A DNA stretch of 64,000 bases from an uncultured Gemmatimonadales bacterium. GTDB lineage: Bacteria > Gemmatimonadota > Gemmatimonadetes > Palauibacterales > Palauibacteraceae. The notes beneath the pieces were generated by a model. The model was not told where the DNA came from and ran no database searches. It worked only from the letters and a program-made list of their open reading frames with translations. The stretch covers positions 448,001 through 512,000 of the forward strand of contig CAWANJ010000009.1 of the NCBI GenBank assembly GCA_963783385.1. Direction: 5' to 3'. Numbering within the stretch: the stretch's first letter is position 1; the number at the start of each line of letters is the position of its first letter. Made by a program: the position numbers and the translations under genes. Below are positions 19,809 to 29,586 of the stretch, in pieces.

Positions 19809-20816
19809 ATGAAGGCCATGGTGCTGGGGCGGATCGCTCCGATCGAAGAGCGGCCGCTCGAGCTGCGAGACGTCCCCGATCCCGTGCCGGGACGGGGCGA
19901 GATCCGGGTCCGCGTGCTGGCGTGCGGGGTGTGCCGGACGGACCTCCACGTCATCGAGGGCGACCTGCCCGCGCCGGACCTTCCCCGGGTGCCCGGCCAC
20001 CAGGTCGTGGGCGTCGTCGAGGCATCGGGGCCCGATTGCAGCCGCTTCGAGGCCGGGGACCGGGTCGGGATCGCCTGGCTTCGGGAGACGTGCGGCACGT
20101 GCGAATTCTGCCGAGCCGGCCAGGAGAACCTGTGCGAGTCGTCCCTCTATACCGGCTACCACGCCGACGGCGGCTTCGCCGAGCTCGCGATCGTGCGGGA
20201 AGACTTCGCCTACCGCGTCCCCGACGCCTTCGGCGACGTGGAGGCGACCCCGCTTCTGTGCGCCGGCATCATCGGGTATCGATCCCTGAAACGGGCGCGG
20301 CTGCCCGACCGGGGACGGCTCGGCCTGTTCGGGTTCGGCTCCTCGGCCCACATCGTCATCCAGGTCGCGCGGCACCGCGGCAGCGACGTCTACGTGGCCA
20401 CGCGGGGAGAGAGCCACCGCGCGCTGGCGCGGGAGCTGGGCGCGGTCTGGACGGGCGGCGCCTACGATCCCATTCCGACCCCGGTCCATTCCGCCATCGT
20501 GTTTGCTCCGGCGGGCGAGATCGTGCCGATCGCGCTGCGCTCGCTCCGGAAGGGCGGGACGGTGTCTCTGGCGGGGATCCACATGTCCCCGATCCCGTCG
20601 ATGGAGTACGAGCCCTGCCTCTTCCACGAGAAGACGCTGCAGAGCGTGGAGGCCAACACCCGGGAGGATGGTCGGGAGCTGTTACGGGAGGCGGCCGAGA
20701 TCCCGGTGCGCGCGTCGACGACGGTGTTTCCCCTGGAGGAAGCCAACGAGGCCCTCGTGCGCCTCAAGCACGACGGCATCGACGGAAGCGCCGTCCTCCG
20801 GGTCGCCAATGCCTGA
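19809..20816 (+). CDS. Zinc-dependent alcohol dehydrogenase family protein
   Basis: CGVCRTDLH, GHQVVG, CGTCEFC...C, CAGIIG. Confidence 0.93.
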   Translation: MKAMVLGRIAPIEERPLELRDVPDPVPGRGEIRVRVLACGVCRTDLHVIEGDLPAPDLPRVPGHQVVGVVEASGPDCSRFEAGDRVGIAWLRETCGTCEFCRAGQENLCESSLYTGYHADGGFAELAIVREDFAYRVPDAFGDVEATPLLCAGIIGYRSLKRARLPDRGRLGLFGFGSSAHIVIQVARHRGSDVYVATRGESHRALARELGAVWTGGAYDPIPTPVHSAIVFAPAGEIVPIALRSLRKGGTVSLAGIHMSPIPSMEYEPCLFHEKTLQSVEANTREDGRELLREAAEIPVRASTTVFPLEEANEALVRLKHDGIDGSAVLRVANA

Positions 20817-20849
20817 GGCGCCGCAGAGCCCGGGTCCGAGCGGGGCGCC

Positions 20850-21938
20850 TCAGTCCGTGGTCGAAGGCCGCTCGGAACGGGCCGGCACGCTGACGATCAC
20901 GCGCGCGCCCGCCCCGGGACCCGACACCACGGCCAGCGATCCGCCCACGGAACGCGCGCGCTCGCGCATCCCCAGCAGGCCCAGGCCGCCGCCCCCGTTC
21001 GTGCTCTCCAGCTCCGGCTCGAAGCCCCGTCCATCGTCGACGACGTTGAGCGTCACGCTGCCATCCCCGGTCTCGAGCTCGAGCCGGATGCGGCCCGCGT
21101 CGGCGTGTCGGACGGCGTTCACGAGCGCTTCCTCGGCCACGCGGTACATCGCCAGGGCGACCTCCTGCTCGAGCTCGGGCTCCGGCCCCTTCACCTCGAA
21201 CTCCACGGGCAGGCCCGCCTGGTCCGAGACGGCCCTCGCGTGGGCTCGCAGCGCCGGAACGAGCCCGAGCTCGCCCAGCTCCGGGGGGTGGAGCCGACGC
21301 GCCAGGCGGCGGACGAGCTCGAGGCTCTCGGCCGTTTCATCGCGGAGCCGTTCGAGATGACGGGCCCCTTCCACGCATGACGGCTCGAGGTCCACGGCCT
21401 TCCGCGCCAGCTCGACCCTCAGGAGGAGCGCGGCCAGGCGCTGGGCCGTGTCGTCCTGGAGCTCGGCCGCCAGGCTGCGCCGCTCGCGCTCGGCCGCCTC
21501 GAGCACACCCACGCTGAGACGGCGGAGTACGCGCTGGCCCAGGACCAGGCGTTGGAGCATGTCGTTGAACACCTGGATGAGGCGGCGCATGCCAGGATCC
21601 GCCATCAGGGAGCGGGGCGCTCGGGCTTCCAGGTCCCCGGCGTGGACGCGCTCGGCGGTCCGCTGGAGCCCGGACAGGGGCGACAGGGCCCAGCGCACGA
21701 GGATCCAGTTGATGGGCACGCACACCGCCAGCCCCACCCCGGCGGCCAGCCCGGCCGCGAACACCGGATCATGCTGGATCCGGGCCAGGAGCACGGCGAG
21801 GAGCGCGGTTCCGGCCACGAGGGCGCCGTTGGCTCCCAGGATCTTGAACGGGAGGGGAAAGCGAAGGAGCCGCGACGTCAGCCGGCGCAGGGTGGATGGG
21901 CCCGGCTCGGCACGTTTCGAAGACAGAACTTCAGGCAT
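20850..21938 (-). CDS. Membrane HAMP/HisKA_3 sensor kinase-like protein with His-to-Gln in the H-box
   Basis: 2 TM, HAMP, ERRSLAAELQDD, EEALVNAVRHA, DDGRGF, GLGLLGMRER. Confidence 0.88.
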   Translation of the reverse strand: MPEVLSSKRAEPGPSTLRRLTSRLLRFPLPFKILGANGALVAGTALLAVLLARIQHDPVFAAGLAAGVGLAVCVPINWILVRWALSPLSGLQRTAERVHAGDLEARAPRSLMADPGMRRLIQVFNDMLQRLVLGQRVLRRLSVGVLEAAERERRSLAAELQDDTAQRLAALLLRVELARKAVDLEPSCVEGARHLERLRDETAESLELVRRLARRLHPPELGELGLVPALRAHARAVSDQAGLPVEFEVKGPEPELEQEVALAMYRVAEEALVNAVRHADAGRIRLELETGDGSVTLNVVDDGRGFEPELESTNGGGGLGLLGMRERARSVGGSLAVVSGPGAGARVIVSVPARSERPSTTD

Positions 21939-22069
21939 GCAGCCCAAGCTCGATGCCGGCGAGGGAGCGGTCTGTAAGGACAAACCGGGTCCACAATGTG
22001 GGGAGATCCCCGCCGCGTTCCGCGGCGGCCGTGGAAGCCCGGTGCCGGTCGTGCTACATTGCGTCGCCC

Positions 22070-23155
22070 ATGGCCGATACGCACGCCAGTACAGCCGACG
22101 CCGGGGCCGACGGGACGGTCCACGACAGCCTGTTCACGGCCGCGCAGTACAGGACCGTGTTCGAGGCGGCGCCCGACGGCATCATCATCGTGGATGGGCG
22201 TGGGCAGATCCGCGACGTGAACCCGAGAGCGGAGGCGCTGTTCGGGTATGCGCGCGACGAGCTGGTCGGGCAGCCGGTGGAGACGCTGGTCCCGGAAGCC
22301 GCCCGCGCCATGCACGAGCGGGACCGCGTGGCGTTCGTGGAGCAGCCGCAGGCGCGGCCGATGGGGATCGGCCTCGAGCTTCGAGGCCGGTGCAAGGACG
22401 GCGGGACGTTTCCGGTGGAGATCAGCCTCAGTCCGCTGCGCACCGCGGATGGTATCCTGGTGATCAGCATGATCCGGGACGTGACCCAGCGGCGACGCCT
22501 TCGGCAGTTCGGCTTCGGCGCCCTGCGGGCCGCGGAGGAGGAGCGGCGCCGGATCGCCCGGGAGCTTCACGACGATACGGCGCAGCGGTTGGCGGCGATC
22601 CTGCTGCGCCTGCGCCTGCTGTCCGCCGAGCGCACGGGCCCGGATCGAGACCGCCTGCTCGAGGAGATCCGGGCGGAGCTGGTCGAGGCGGCGGAGGCGG
22701 TGCGGAGGATCGCGCGCGGCCTTCGCCCCCCGGCGCTCGAGGACGTGGGAGTGGCCACCGCGATCCGGGCGCACGTGCGGACCCGTTTCTCGGAGGGGGA
22801 GCCCAGCGTGGAGATGGATCTCGCCCCGGTGGATGAGGTCCTGGAGGAAGAGGCCAAGCTCGTGTTGTATCGCATCGTGCAGGAGGCGCTCTCCAACGTG
22901 GAGCGGCACGCCGAGGCTTCGCGCGTGATCATCCGGATCAATGTCTCCGGGGACCACGTGCTGGCTGTCGTGGAGGACGACGGTCGCGGCTTCGATCCCC
23001 GGCAGCCGTCCCGCGACGACGGCCGGGGGCTGGGCTTGCTGGGCATGAGGGAGCGTGCCACCCTCGTCGGGGGGCACGTCGAGGTCGAGAGCGAGCCGGG
23101 CGCGGGAACCCGCATCCGTCTGCAGATACCGCTGTACGAGGGAGGAGCCACGTGA
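22070..23155 (+). CDS. Cytoplasmic PAS-domain HisKA_3 sensor kinase
   Basis: PAS (NPRAEALFGY...KDGGTFPVEISLS), ERRRIARELHDD, QEALSNVERHA, DDGRGF. Confidence 0.93.
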   Translation: MADTHASTADAGADGTVHDSLFTAAQYRTVFEAAPDGIIIVDGRGQIRDVNPRAEALFGYARDELVGQPVETLVPEAARAMHERDRVAFVEQPQARPMGIGLELRGRCKDGGTFPVEISLSPLRTADGILVISMIRDVTQRRRLRQFGFGALRAAEEERRRIARELHDDTAQRLAAILLRLRLLSAERTGPDRDRLLEEIRAELVEAAEAVRRIARGLRPPALEDVGVATAIRAHVRTRFSEGEPSVEMDLAPVDEVLEEEAKLVLYRIVQEALSNVERHAEASRVIIRINVSGDHVLAVVEDDGRGFDPRQPSRDDGRGLGLLGMRERATLVGGHVEVESEPGAGTRIRLQIPLYEGGAT

Positions 23156-23808
23156 GCCAGGCCATCACCGTGCTGCTGGCGGACGATCACGCGATGTTCA
23201 GGTCGGGCCTGAAGGCGCTCCTCGAGGGTGAGGCTTCCATCGAGGTGATCGGCGAGGCCGCCACCGGCGACGAGGCCGTCGACCAGGCGCGGCGGCTGCG
23301 GCCGCAGGTCGTGGTCATGGACCTGTCAATGCCGGGTTCGGACGGCCTGGAGGCCACGCGCCGCATCACCGCGCTGGAGCTGGACACCAACGTGCTCGTC
23401 CTCACCGTGCACGCCGAGGAGGAGTACCTGGTGCCCGTCGTGCAGGCGGGCGCCAGCGGCTACCTCACCAAGACGAGCGCGGACCGTGACCTCGTGGAGG
23501 CCATCCGGGTCGTGGCCCGCGGCGAGGTCTACCTGCCGCCCCAGGCCACGAAGCTGCTGCTCCAGGAGTACAAGGCGGCCGAGGCCGACGAGGACACGAG
23601 CAAGCTGCAGCAGCTCAGTTCCCGTGAGCAGGAGGTCCTGGCGCTGACCGCGGAGGGCTTCAGCTCGCGCGAGATCGGCAAGAAGCTGTTCATCTCGCCG
23701 AAGACGGTGGACACCTACCGGTCCCGGATCATGAAGAAGCTGGGGCTGGACCACCGCTCCGAGCTCGTCCGCTTCGCCCTCCGGGTCGGTCTCCTCAAGG
23801 AGGTGTAG
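23152..23808 (+). CDS. NarL/FixJ family response regulator
   Basis: LADDH, VMDLSMP, LSSREQEVL...SPKTVDTYR (LuxR HTH). Confidence 0.95.
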   Translation: MSQAITVLLADDHAMFRSGLKALLEGEASIEVIGEAATGDEAVDQARRLRPQVVVMDLSMPGSDGLEATRRITALELDTNVLVLTVHAEEEYLVPVVQAGASGYLTKTSADRDLVEAIRVVARGEVYLPPQATKLLLQEYKAAEADEDTSKLQQLSSREQEVLALTAEGFSSREIGKKLFISPKTVDTYRSRIMKKLGLDHRSELVRFALRVGLLKEV

Positions 23809-23908
23809 GCCGCGTCACCGGGACGCTCGGACGTGGAGGCCTGGAGGCCGCCGCGGCGGGTCTCGGACTGCGCCGCCTGGCCACGTACACGGAACCTCGG
23901 AGCTGACC

Positions 23909-24853
23909 ATGCTCGCGATCCGACACGTTCTCTACCCCACCGACTTCTCGGAGTCGGCCGTCGCCGCCCTCCCGCTGGCCGCACGACTCGCCCGGGCGCA
24001 CGGAGCCGATCTCCACGCCCTTCACGCCCTCGTGCTCCACGCCGCCAATGCGGTCGAGGCCGACAAGCTCTTCCCCAAGATGGAGGATGCCGTCGGCGAG
24101 CTGGACCGTTGGGCGGAAAGCCGCATGGAGGCCCACCTGGGCAAGCACGACGTCAGCGACCTCGTGGTGCACGAGGCCCGGGAGCGGGGCTTCTCGGCGG
24201 GCGCCGTGATCCTCGAGTACGCCGAGGCGTTCGACATCGACCTCATCGTCATGGGTACGCACGGGCGCCGCGGCCTCCGGCACCTGCTGATGGGGAGCAT
24301 CGCCGAGGAGGTGGTGCGGCGCTCGTCCTGCCCGGTGATCACGGTCCGGGAGCGGCCCCGGCTCGCCGACGCGCCGTGGCCCTCCCACCTGGTGGCACCG
24401 GTCGACTTCTCCGAGGCTTCCGACCTCGCCCTCGCCTACGTGAGGGAGCTCGCCGCCTCGAGCGGCGCCAGCGTCGACCTCGTGCACGTCATCGAGCCGG
24501 TGACCGTGCCGGACCCCTACATTACGGGCACGGCGGGCTTCGCGTTCGACGTCGAGGCGGTGCGCTCCAACGTGCAGGATGCGCTGGAGGAACGTGCCGC
24601 CTCGGTCCTCGGCGAGGACGTCCCGTGCGGGATCCACATCGACGTGGGGCGCCCGGCCGCGATGATCTCCGCCTTCGCCGAGGAGCGGGGGGCCGACCTG
24701 GTGGTGATGGCCAGCCACGGCCGAACCGGCCTGGAGCGCGCGCTGATCGGCAGCGTGGCGAGCGGCGTGATCCGGCGGGCCTCACCCCCCGTGATGATCG
24801 TCAAGCCATCTGGGCGTCAGCTCTTACCGTCTTCGACCTCCGAAACCACTTGA
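23909..24853 (+). CDS. Tandem universal stress protein
   Basis: PTDFS...MGTHGRRG...GSIAEEVVR; PVDFS...MASHGRTG...GSVA. Confidence 0.93.
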   Translation: MLAIRHVLYPTDFSESAVAALPLAARLARAHGADLHALHALVLHAANAVEADKLFPKMEDAVGELDRWAESRMEAHLGKHDVSDLVVHEARERGFSAGAVILEYAEAFDIDLIVMGTHGRRGLRHLLMGSIAEEVVRRSSCPVITVRERPRLADAPWPSHLVAPVDFSEASDLALAYVRELAASSGASVDLVHVIEPVTVPDPYITGTAGFAFDVEAVRSNVQDALEERAASVLGEDVPCGIHIDVGRPAAMISAFAEERGADLVVMASHGRTGLERALIGSVASGVIRRASPPVMIVKPSGRQLLPSSTSETT

Positions 24854-27641
24854 GGAGCTGCCCGGCCACGGTCGGCAGGACCCCGAGCCCGAAGATCACG
24901 GCGGCATCCCCGGCCGAAGGGACCTGCAGCCTGAGGACGTCCCGGAGGCCGGGCAGGGCGAGGGCGAGGGCGAGGAGGCCCAGCGACAGGAGACCGGCCG
25001 CCACCGCGAAGCGGTTCCGGAAGAAGCCGCCACTCCCGAGGATGCCCCCCACGCTCCGCGCGTTCCCGACGTGCAGCACCTGGGCGACCGCGAGGGTCAG
25101 GAAAGCCCGGGTAACGGCGGCGGCGTGCGTCCCTCCTCCGCTCGGGTCCCAGAAGAAGGCTGCCAGGGTGGAGCCCGTGATGAGGAGGGCGTAGAGCCCC
25201 ACCGAGCGCAGCAGGTGGGCGGAGAGGATGCCGGCGTCGGGGTCCCGCGGCGGACGGCTCATGATCCCGGCCTCGGCTGGCTCGAAAGCGAGCGCCAGAG
25301 CGGGGAAGGTGTCCGTCACCAGGTTCAGCCACAGGATCTGGAGGGGCAGGAGCGGCAGCGGCGAGCCCGCGAGACTGGCCACGAGGAGGACGAGGACCTC
25401 GGCCGCGTTACAGCTGAACAGGAAGAACACGAACTTGCGGACGTTGTCGAAGATGACGCGTCCCTCTTCGACGGCCGCGGCCACGGTCCGGAACCGGTCG
25501 TCCCGCAGCACGATGCCCGCGGCCTGCTTGGCCACGTCCGTGCCGCGGCGGCCCATGGCCACGCCAATGTCGGCCCGCCGCAGGGCCGCGGCGTCGTTGA
25601 TCCCGTCCCCGAGCATGGCCACCACGTCGCCCCCGCGGCGCAGGGCTTCCACGATGCGGTACTTGTCCTCGGGGCCGATGCGACTGTACACGGCCACGTG
25701 GGGAGCGCGGCGCGCGAGCGCGTCATCGTCCAGCCGGGCCAGGTCGCGGCCGTCGAGCGTCTCCTGCCCGCCCTCCAGCATGCCGAGGTCCCGTGCCACC
25801 GCCTCGGCCGTGAGACGCTGGTCCCCGGTGAGCATGAGGGTGCGGAGACCCGCCGCCCGGAAGCGGGCGATCGTCTCCTTCACGCCGGGAGCGGGCGGGT
25901 CCACGAGCCCCACGAGCCCGAGGAAGACGAGGGGACCCGTGGAGGGCTCGGCGGGGATGCCGTCCGGGGCGGGCTGGTCTGCGCTCGTTCCGGCGGCGTC
26001 CGAGCGGCGCGGCAGATCGGGCGCCCCGCCGTGGGCGAGGGCCAGCACCCGGAGGCCACGGCGGGCCAGCTCGGCGTTAGCTGCCAGGAGACGCTCCCGG
26101 TCTGCCGCCCCAAGCGGCCGGACCCGCTCCCCGTCTCGCCAGCGATCGCACGCCTCGATCACGGACTCGGGCGCCCCCTTCACCATCACCTCTACGCCGG
26201 CTCCGTCCGTCCGGCCGCCGGCCTGGTGGAAGGTGGCCATGTAGCGGCGCTCGGAGCTGAACGGGAGCTCGGCCACGAGCGGGTGCCGGGCGCGGAGCTC
26301 CGCGGGCTCGAGCCCCGCCTTCCGGGCCGCCACCAGCAGGGCGGCCTCCGTGGGATCGCCGCGGATCGACGGTCCGTTCTCGGAGTCGACCACCTCGGCC
26401 CGGTTGACGAGGGCTCCGACGACCAGTGCGAGGCGGGCGGCCGGGTCGGCGAGCGGATCGACGGCGCGCCCCGCGGTCCGGAAGGTTCCCTCGGAAACGT
26501 ATCCCCGACCGGTGACTTCGTACTCGCGGGCGGGCGTCCACAACACCGTCTCCGTCATTTCGCCGGCGGTGAGGGTCCCGGTCTTGTCGGTGCAGACCAC
26601 GGTCGCGGCGCCGAGGGCCTCGACCGCCGGCAGCCGCCGGACGACCGCGTTGCGCGCCGCCATGCGCCGCATCCCCACGGCGAGGGCGGCGGTGGCCACG
26701 ACCGGGAGTCCCTCCGGAACGGCGGCGACCCCGAGCGCCACGCCGGCGAGCAGCATCTGGCCCAGGGGCGCGCCCTGGGCGAGGCCGATGGCGGTGACCA
26801 GGGCCGCGACGGCCAGGGTGATCCACACCATGCGCTCGCCCAGCGCGTCGAGCCGCCGCTCGAGGGGCGCTTTCTCCCGCTTGGTCTCCAGGATGAGGCG
26901 TCCGACGCGGCCGACCTGTGTCGCCTCGCCGGTGGCGGTCACCACGGCCTCTCCGCTGCCGGCCGTGACCGTCGTACCCCGGTAGACCATGTCGACCCGG
27001 TCCGGGAGAGGCGTGGTCTCGGGCAGGACCGCCTCCGCCTCCTTGTCCACCGAGGCCGACTCGCCGGTGAGGGAGGCCTCGTCCAGCTTGAGCCCCGTGA
27101 CGGCCAGGAGCCGTGCGTCGGCCGCGACGGCGTCCCCCGCCTCCAGGAGGAGGAGGTCCCCGGGCACCAGCTCGCGGGCCGGTATCGAACGCTTCTCCCC
27201 GCCTCTGCGGACCCGGGCCGAGGGGGCCTCGAGTCGCAGGAGAGCCTCCATCGCGCGCGCCGCCCGCAGCTCGGTCACCAGGCCGAGAAGCGTGTTGATG
27301 AGGAGGACCACGCCGATGGCCGCGGCGTCGAGAGCGTCGCCCAGGAGGAAGGCCGCGGCGCCGGCGGCCACCAGGAGGTAGACGACCACGCTGCGCAGCT
27401 GGTCGCCGATGATCCTCCACAGGGGCAGGGGAGGGGCCTCGAGACCGCCGTTCGGCCCGATCCGCTCGAGCCGCCGGCGCGCCTCCTCCTCGCCGAGGCC
27501 GTCCGGACCCGAGCCGAGGGCGCGGGCCACCTCGGACGCGGGCCGCGCGTGCGGCGCCGCGATCAGCAGGCGGAGGGCGGCAGGATCCGCGTGGGCCTTC
27601 CCGGCCGGCGGTGGGTCCCCGTTCGGCACGGCGGAGGTCAT
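24801..27641 (-). CDS. P-type cation-transporting ATPase (type II, CtpF/PacL-like)
   Basis: TGES, PEGL, DKTGTLT, KGAPE, TGD, GDGIND. Confidence 0.95.
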   Translation of the reverse strand: MTSAVPNGDPPPAGKAHADPAALRLLIAAPHARPASEVARALGSGPDGLGEEEARRRLERIGPNGGLEAPPLPLWRIIGDQLRSVVVYLLVAAGAAAFLLGDALDAAAIGVVLLINTLLGLVTELRAARAMEALLRLEAPSARVRRGGEKRSIPARELVPGDLLLLEAGDAVAADARLLAVTGLKLDEASLTGESASVDKEAEAVLPETTPLPDRVDMVYRGTTVTAGSGEAVVTATGEATQVGRVGRLILETKREKAPLERRLDALGERMVWITLAVAALVTAIGLAQGAPLGQMLLAGVALGVAAVPEGLPVVATAALAVGMRRMAARNAVVRRLPAVEALGAATVVCTDKTGTLTAGEMTETVLWTPAREYEVTGRGYVSEGTFRTAGRAVDPLADPAARLALVVGALVNRAEVVDSENGPSIRGDPTEAALLVAARKAGLEPAELRARHPLVAELPFSSERRYMATFHQAGGRTDGAGVEVMVKGAPESVIEACDRWRDGERVRPLGAADRERLLAANAELARRGLRVLALAHGGAPDLPRRSDAAGTSADQPAPDGIPAEPSTGPLVFLGLVGLVDPPAPGVKETIARFRAAGLRTLMLTGDQRLTAEAVARDLGMLEGGQETLDGRDLARLDDDALARRAPHVAVYSRIGPEDKYRIVEALRRGGDVVAMLGDGINDAAALRRADIGVAMGRRGTDVAKQAAGIVLRDDRFRTVAAAVEEGRVIFDNVRKFVFFLFSCNAAEVLVLLVASLAGSPLPLLPLQILWLNLVTDTFPALALAFEPAEAGIMSRPPRDPDAGILSAHLLRSVGLYALLITGSTLAAFFWDPSGGGTHAAAVTRAFLTLAVAQVLHVGNARSVGGILGSGGFFRNRFAVAAGLLSLGLLALALALPGLRDVLRLQVPSAGDAAVIFGLGVLPTVAGQLLKWFRRSKTVRADAQMA

Positions 27642-27962
27642 CTAAGCGCCCGGCGACGCGCCTCCAGCTCCCGCTCGAGGCTGTCGCACACGATCTCGCA
27701 CAGGTCGAAGACCTCGGGCTCGGCGATCGAATAGAAGCTCCGTACGCCTTCTTTCCGGCGCTCGACCATCTCGGTGGCGACGGAGCACGGCCAGGTGCTT
27801 CGACACGTTCGCCTGGCTCGTGTCGAGCGCTTCGACGAGGTCGCTCACGGCGCGCGGCCCGTCCCGGAGCTCGTTGAGGAGCCGGAGCCGGGTGGGCTCG
27901 CCGAGCACTTTGAAGCGCGCGGCGACCATGTCGAGCGTCTCTTCGCTGAACGAGCGAGCCAT
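27638..27962 (-). CDS. ArsR/SmtB family regulator, frameshift at ~27775
   Basis: FKVLGEPTRLRLL...SQANVSKHLAVL; the shifted frame continues EMVERRKEGVRSFYSIAEPEVFDLCEIVC..., with its stop overlapping the ATPase ATG. Confidence 0.85.
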
Positions 27963-27986
27963 TCCTGCCTCCGGGGCCGCACGGGG

Positions 27987-28032
27987 TTGACGTGCCGCAT
28001 GAGAACACTAGATTACCATACGGTAATATAAT
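27987..28032 (+). promoter_or_regulatory. Sigma70-like promoter (TTGACG-16-TAGATT) overlapped by inverted repeat ATTACC-N4-GGTAAT, probable ArsR operator
   Basis: AT-rich patch between divergent arsR and tolC; inverted repeat 28012-28027. Confidence 0.6.
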
Positions 28033-28098
28033 CGAAGGGACCGCCGGCGCCACTCCAGCGCCGGCACCGATCCAGGAGGAAGTGAACATGAGCGGCAC

Positions 28099-29586
28099 GT
28101 GTCGGACGTATCACTACATGTGCATACAATGATCTGCTTCCGCGCGGGACGTGGCGCGCCGCTGGTGGCGGCCCTGGTCCTCGGCCTGGCGATCGGCGCC
28201 CCGGCGGCCGTGCGGGGCGCCCCGGCGGCCGATGGGAGTCCCGAGGGCATGCGGGGTCCCGGGCCCTCCCGCCTCGATCCACCCGCGGTGGACACGGCCG
28301 CGGGCCCGGTGCTCCGCCCGCTCGGCCTCGACGAGGCTCTCGCGGAGGCGCGTCGGGGGAACCCGGATCTCCGCGAGGCCCGACTGGCGCGCGAGAGCGC
28401 GCACGCGGCCGCCCGAATGGCGGGGTCGGCCCTCCTCCCGGGCATCGAGCTCGACGTGGGGGTGCAGCGCTCCAACGACCCGGTGTTCGCGTTCGGGACC
28501 AAGCTTCGCCAGCAGCGCTTCGGCGCGGCGGACCTGGCCCTGGACGCGCTCAACCACCCCTCGGCCCTCAACGACTGGTCCACGGGCGTGGGCGTGCGCT
28601 GGAACGTGCTGGATCCGACCCTGTGGGCTCGGCGCGCCGCGGCGGGTCACGGCGCCACGGCGGTCGGCTGGCAGGCGGTGAGGGCGGGGCAGGGGGCCGA
28701 GCTCGGAACGCGGGTGCTCTACTGGCGTGCGGTCGGAGCGGCGGCCGGCGTGCGAGCGACCGCGGCGGCCGAGGCCGCCGCCCGCTCCACGGTCGAGCGG
28801 TTCCGGAAGCGCGAGGAGCGTGGGCTCCTCACCCACGCCGACGTGCTTCGCGCGGAGGCGGAGCTGGCCTCGGCGCGGGCCACCCGGGTCGAGGCGGAGC
28901 GGGGCCGCGACGACGCCCGCTCGGCGCTCGGTCTGGTCCTCGGCTGGAGCCCCGACACGGTCCCCGTTCCGTCGGACACGCTCACCGCCCCCGAGGGCGA
29001 GCCGAACCCTGGGGAGCCGGGGGCGTTCGACCCGACGGCCCGGCCGGACCTGCGGGCGAGAGCCGAGGTCGTGCAGGCCGGCCGGGCCCGGCAGGCCGCC
29101 GCGGTCGCGGCCTTCATTCCTCGCGTCGAGGCGTTCGCCGGCTACCAGCGGTACGCCGACGCTCCCTTCGGGGGGGACGGTGACGCGTGGAGCGCCGGCG
29201 TCATGCTGCGCTGGACCGTGTTCGCGGGACTGAGCCGTCCGGCGGCGCTGGACAGGGCGAGGGCCGAGCGCGAGACGGCCGAGCTGCAGTACGCTCGGGC
29301 CCGCCGCGAGGCGCGGGCCGAGGTGACGAGTGCGCGCCGGGCCGTGGACGCGGCCCTGCGCGGAGTGGAGGCCACCCGGGCGGCCCGGGAGGCGGCTACG
29401 GAAGCCAGGGACCTGATGCGCAGGCGCTTCGAGGAGGGCTTGATGAGCGCCACGGACCTGCTCGACGCGGAGGCGCGCGCCTCGGCGGCGCGGAGCCGGG
29501 CCGTCGATGCGCTGGCCGGATACCACGAGGCTCTCGCGCGACTTCGGTTCGCGCTGGGCCGGACCACGGGGGAGGAACAGCCATGA
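28099..29586 (+). CDS. TolC family outer-membrane efflux protein (start uncertain)
   Basis: LDEAL..A...NPDL; RFEEGLMSATDLLDAE; first gene of the operon. Confidence 0.88.
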   Translation: MSDVSLHVHTMICFRAGRGAPLVAALVLGLAIGAPAAVRGAPAADGSPEGMRGPGPSRLDPPAVDTAAGPVLRPLGLDEALAEARRGNPDLREARLARESAHAAARMAGSALLPGIELDVGVQRSNDPVFAFGTKLRQQRFGAADLALDALNHPSALNDWSTGVGVRWNVLDPTLWARRAAAGHGATAVGWQAVRAGQGAELGTRVLYWRAVGAAAGVRATAAAEAAARSTVERFRKREERGLLTHADVLRAEAELASARATRVEAERGRDDARSALGLVLGWSPDTVPVPSDTLTAPEGEPNPGEPGAFDPTARPDLRARAEVVQAGRARQAAAVAAFIPRVEAFAGYQRYADAPFGGDGDAWSAGVMLRWTVFAGLSRPAALDRARAERETAELQYARARREARAEVTSARRAVDAALRGVEATRAAREAATEARDLMRRRFEEGLMSATDLLDAEARASAARSRAVDALAGYHEALARLRFALGRTTGEEQP

